A stretch of 64,000 bases of DNA, taken from assembly GCA_964658305.1 (NCBI GenBank), contig OZ210886.1, positions 806,001-870,000 of the forward strand. Reading direction: 5' to 3'. The notes beneath the pieces were generated by a model. The model saw only the letters and a list, made by a program, of their open reading frames with translations, was not told where the DNA came from and ran no database searches. Below, piece after piece: positions 48,462-64,000 of the stretch (positions within the stretch are counted from its first letter, which is position 1; every line of letters begins with the position of its first letter). The DNA comes from Leptogorgia sarmentosa (taxonomy: Eukaryota). The position numbers were made by a program, and so were the translations under genes.

Positions 48462-49142
48462 TGCTACCTACGCTGGTCACGTGTGCAGTTTTTGTTATAA
48501 TATAAACTAGTACAATGGCCCGGACCCTCCCACTCGCTTCCAGAGATCAACATCAACACTGGAGAGATCTCTATTCGACGTTATTGTGTGTATTTGGGAA
48601 GTTCTGGGTCCAGGTGCTATGATCCTATCCGAATCCAGCCTGCGTGGCAGGTGGTCAAAAGTAACCCAATCCAAGTCAAAAGGAAATCGACAAATCGTAA
48701 ACCGATTCGATGGGAAAAAATATCATACAATTCCTTCCGATCATTTGGATTATATGTGATTACTTTACGAATAAATTAAAAACGTGTTTGGCGAAGTAAG
48801 CCTTGTAGAAAATGCGATCCCATGTCATGCAATTAACAAAGCAATTATATGCATCTTGCAATTTCGTAATCATAATTCATAACACTTAGTTTACATGAAG
48901 GAACTTTCCTGTATTGCTCAACACCGCAATGAAGAGATTTGTGGGCTCGGTTGGAGAAAACTTGAATACTATGAATTTTTATGTTGATCAAATTTCACAA
49001 GCTGAGCCAATGATGTATTTAATACAGGCCATCTGGCAGCTGTTGCTCTGATCAATGGCTTGCCAAAATAATATTGTAATAAAGAGAGGATTTCACATCT
49101 CTTGTATTTGTGACAAAGAAGGAGTTGCAGCTAGATCAAGCG

Positions 49143-62181
<13,039 letters not shown>

Positions 62182-63061
62182 TTTGCACTAAGACGCTGTT
62201 TACACAAAGACGCGTACGAGCGGAACGAAATTTCACAGATATTCACGATTCCCCCTGAAATGATGTCATTTTCCTTTCGCATATCTTGAACGTGTTTCAA
62301 AATTTCGATGTGATCATTCGTCTGCAGAATGATATATTCGTTGAACGTTAAGCTAGGCGAAAGTAACTTCAGTTTAGTTTTGAAGCCAGCCATATTTCAA
62401 CAAAATACAACACCGAAGTGAAATCGTCTCCGTAAACGCTTCTTGGTTGAACTGAACCATCGACCAAATATTGTCACCAATGGGAATTATTTTTTGGGTA
62501 TAATTTTGTGCCGAGTAGTTTTTTTAAATTGTAAAAAGTCCGGAGTTGGATCAGATAAAATGCCGCGGGAGGCACTTTTTGCACCAGAACATTTTGGGAA
62601 TTCACCATTGTATATAAGTGCTTATCTCATACGTATAGAGATTATATATTATATCTATATATGTAAATTTATTGATATACAATTAGAATAAATTATAAAG
62701 ATATATATATATTGATTGTGACATAAATAAATTATCAAAATGACGTTTTGTTCTTGTTTTGTCTGAAAAGTTTCTCCATAATCAACGATTTCATTCATTT
62801 CAACACATTGTTACCCACTTGTTAGATAACATTAAGTTTCCTAAGGTGGTTCAGTAAAATGCTGGCTCATGTTAATAAGGAATGTAAAGGAATGAGGAAT
62901 GTATATAAAAAAATTTAAATGACCGGAAAAGAGAATCAAAAGATTCTTCACCCTTCATCTTCACACATTTTACCACAACACAAGTTCTTATAGCATGCAT
63001 TACGATTTATTCAATACTAATTGCAAACATGCATTATGATTTATTCTATAGTAATTGCAAA

Positions 63062-64000
63062 CATGCATTATGATTTATTGTATAATAATTGCAAAAAGGT
63101 GAATAGAAAATGAAACCAACAAAAAGAATAAACAAATTGTCACTTGAGAAATACAGGAAATTAACGATGCATGCACATTAACGTGAATTTTGAAAATTCG
63201 CGTTAATTTAATTACTGCTATTAAATGCTAATAGAAATCTAACGCTCATTTTCTAAAAACGATTCAGAGCTATGTGAATTCAACATTATTTGCATGTTTG
63301 TATGCGTTGCGCGTTAATTACATGACTCTTACCATTTATATACCCGGAGCGAGGGTGATTTGACCAAATATTACCGAAGGTCATGGTATTTTCCGAGGAC
63401 GAAGTCCGACGGGAACACCATGATCTTCGGGTAATATTTAGTCGAATCACCCGAGCAGAGGGTATATAAATGATATATAACACCGAAAATAGATGTGTAA
63501 ATTGAACACAAGTTCTTATATGCATGCATTATGATTTACTGTATAATAATTGCAAAGAGGTGAATAGAAAATGAAACCAACAAAAAGAATAAACAAATTG
63601 TCACTTGAGAAATACAGGAAATTAACGATGCATGCACATTAACGTGAATTTTGAAAATTCGCGTTAATTCAATTACTGCTATTAAATGTACAATAGAAAT
63701 CTAACGCTCATTTTCTAAAAACGATTCAGAGCTATGTGAATTCAACATTATTTGCATGTTTGTATGCGTTGCGCGTTAATTACATGACTCTTATCATTTA
63801 TATACCCGGAGCGAGGGTGATTCGACCAAATATTACCGAAGGTCATGGTATTATCTGAGGACGAAGTCCGACGGGAACACCATGATCTTCGGGTAATATT
63901 TAGTCGAATCACCCGAGCAGAGGGTATATAAATGATATATAACACCGAAAATAGATGTGTGAATTGAACACAAGTTCTTATATGCATGCATTATGATTTA
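63062..64000 (+). repeat. ~461-462-bp tandem repeat (two units plus the start of a third, continuing off the window), preceded by 34-bp subrepeats
   Basis: catgcattatgattta recurs at 63062, 63523 and 63985. Units are nearly identical and each contains an internal palindrome (~63333-63472). Confidence 0.92.

Noticed and set aside
63286..63987. Two near-identical 79-aa minus-strand ORFs
   Set aside because: They are by-products of the 462-bp tandem repeat and its palindrome, with no recognisable protein features.

Overview
AT-rich, intron-rich animal genomic DNA. The gene content and repeat families suggest a cnidarian, possibly an octocoral (inference). In order: (1) the 3' end of one fibrillar collagen gene; (2) a complete tandem paralogous fibrillar collagen of 63 hand-traced exons and about 1734 aa, with signal peptide, two VWA domains, minor helix, an ~1027-residue major helix with one STEA interruption, and COLFI; (3) IGBP1; (4) FMC1; (5) an intronless minus-strand PGRMC-like heme/steroid-binding protein ending in a SOCS box; (6) ATP6V1F, whose intron 2 holds an antisense intronless secreted SGNH-hydrolase gene; (7) an AGAP1/3-like gene with a degenerate GTPase-like domain; (8) a ~462-bp tandem repeat running off the window. 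Introns carry many non-autonomous elements (Kolobok-, P/foldback-, Tc1/mariner-, hAT-, PIF- and Helentron-like), a tRNA-derived repeat and hammerhead-like motifs. The best candidate for a new system is the membrane-anchored MAPR(PGRMC)-SOCS-box fusion, a possible heme/sterol-linked Cullin5 E3 substrate receptor. All gene models were traced by eye; no database searches were run.
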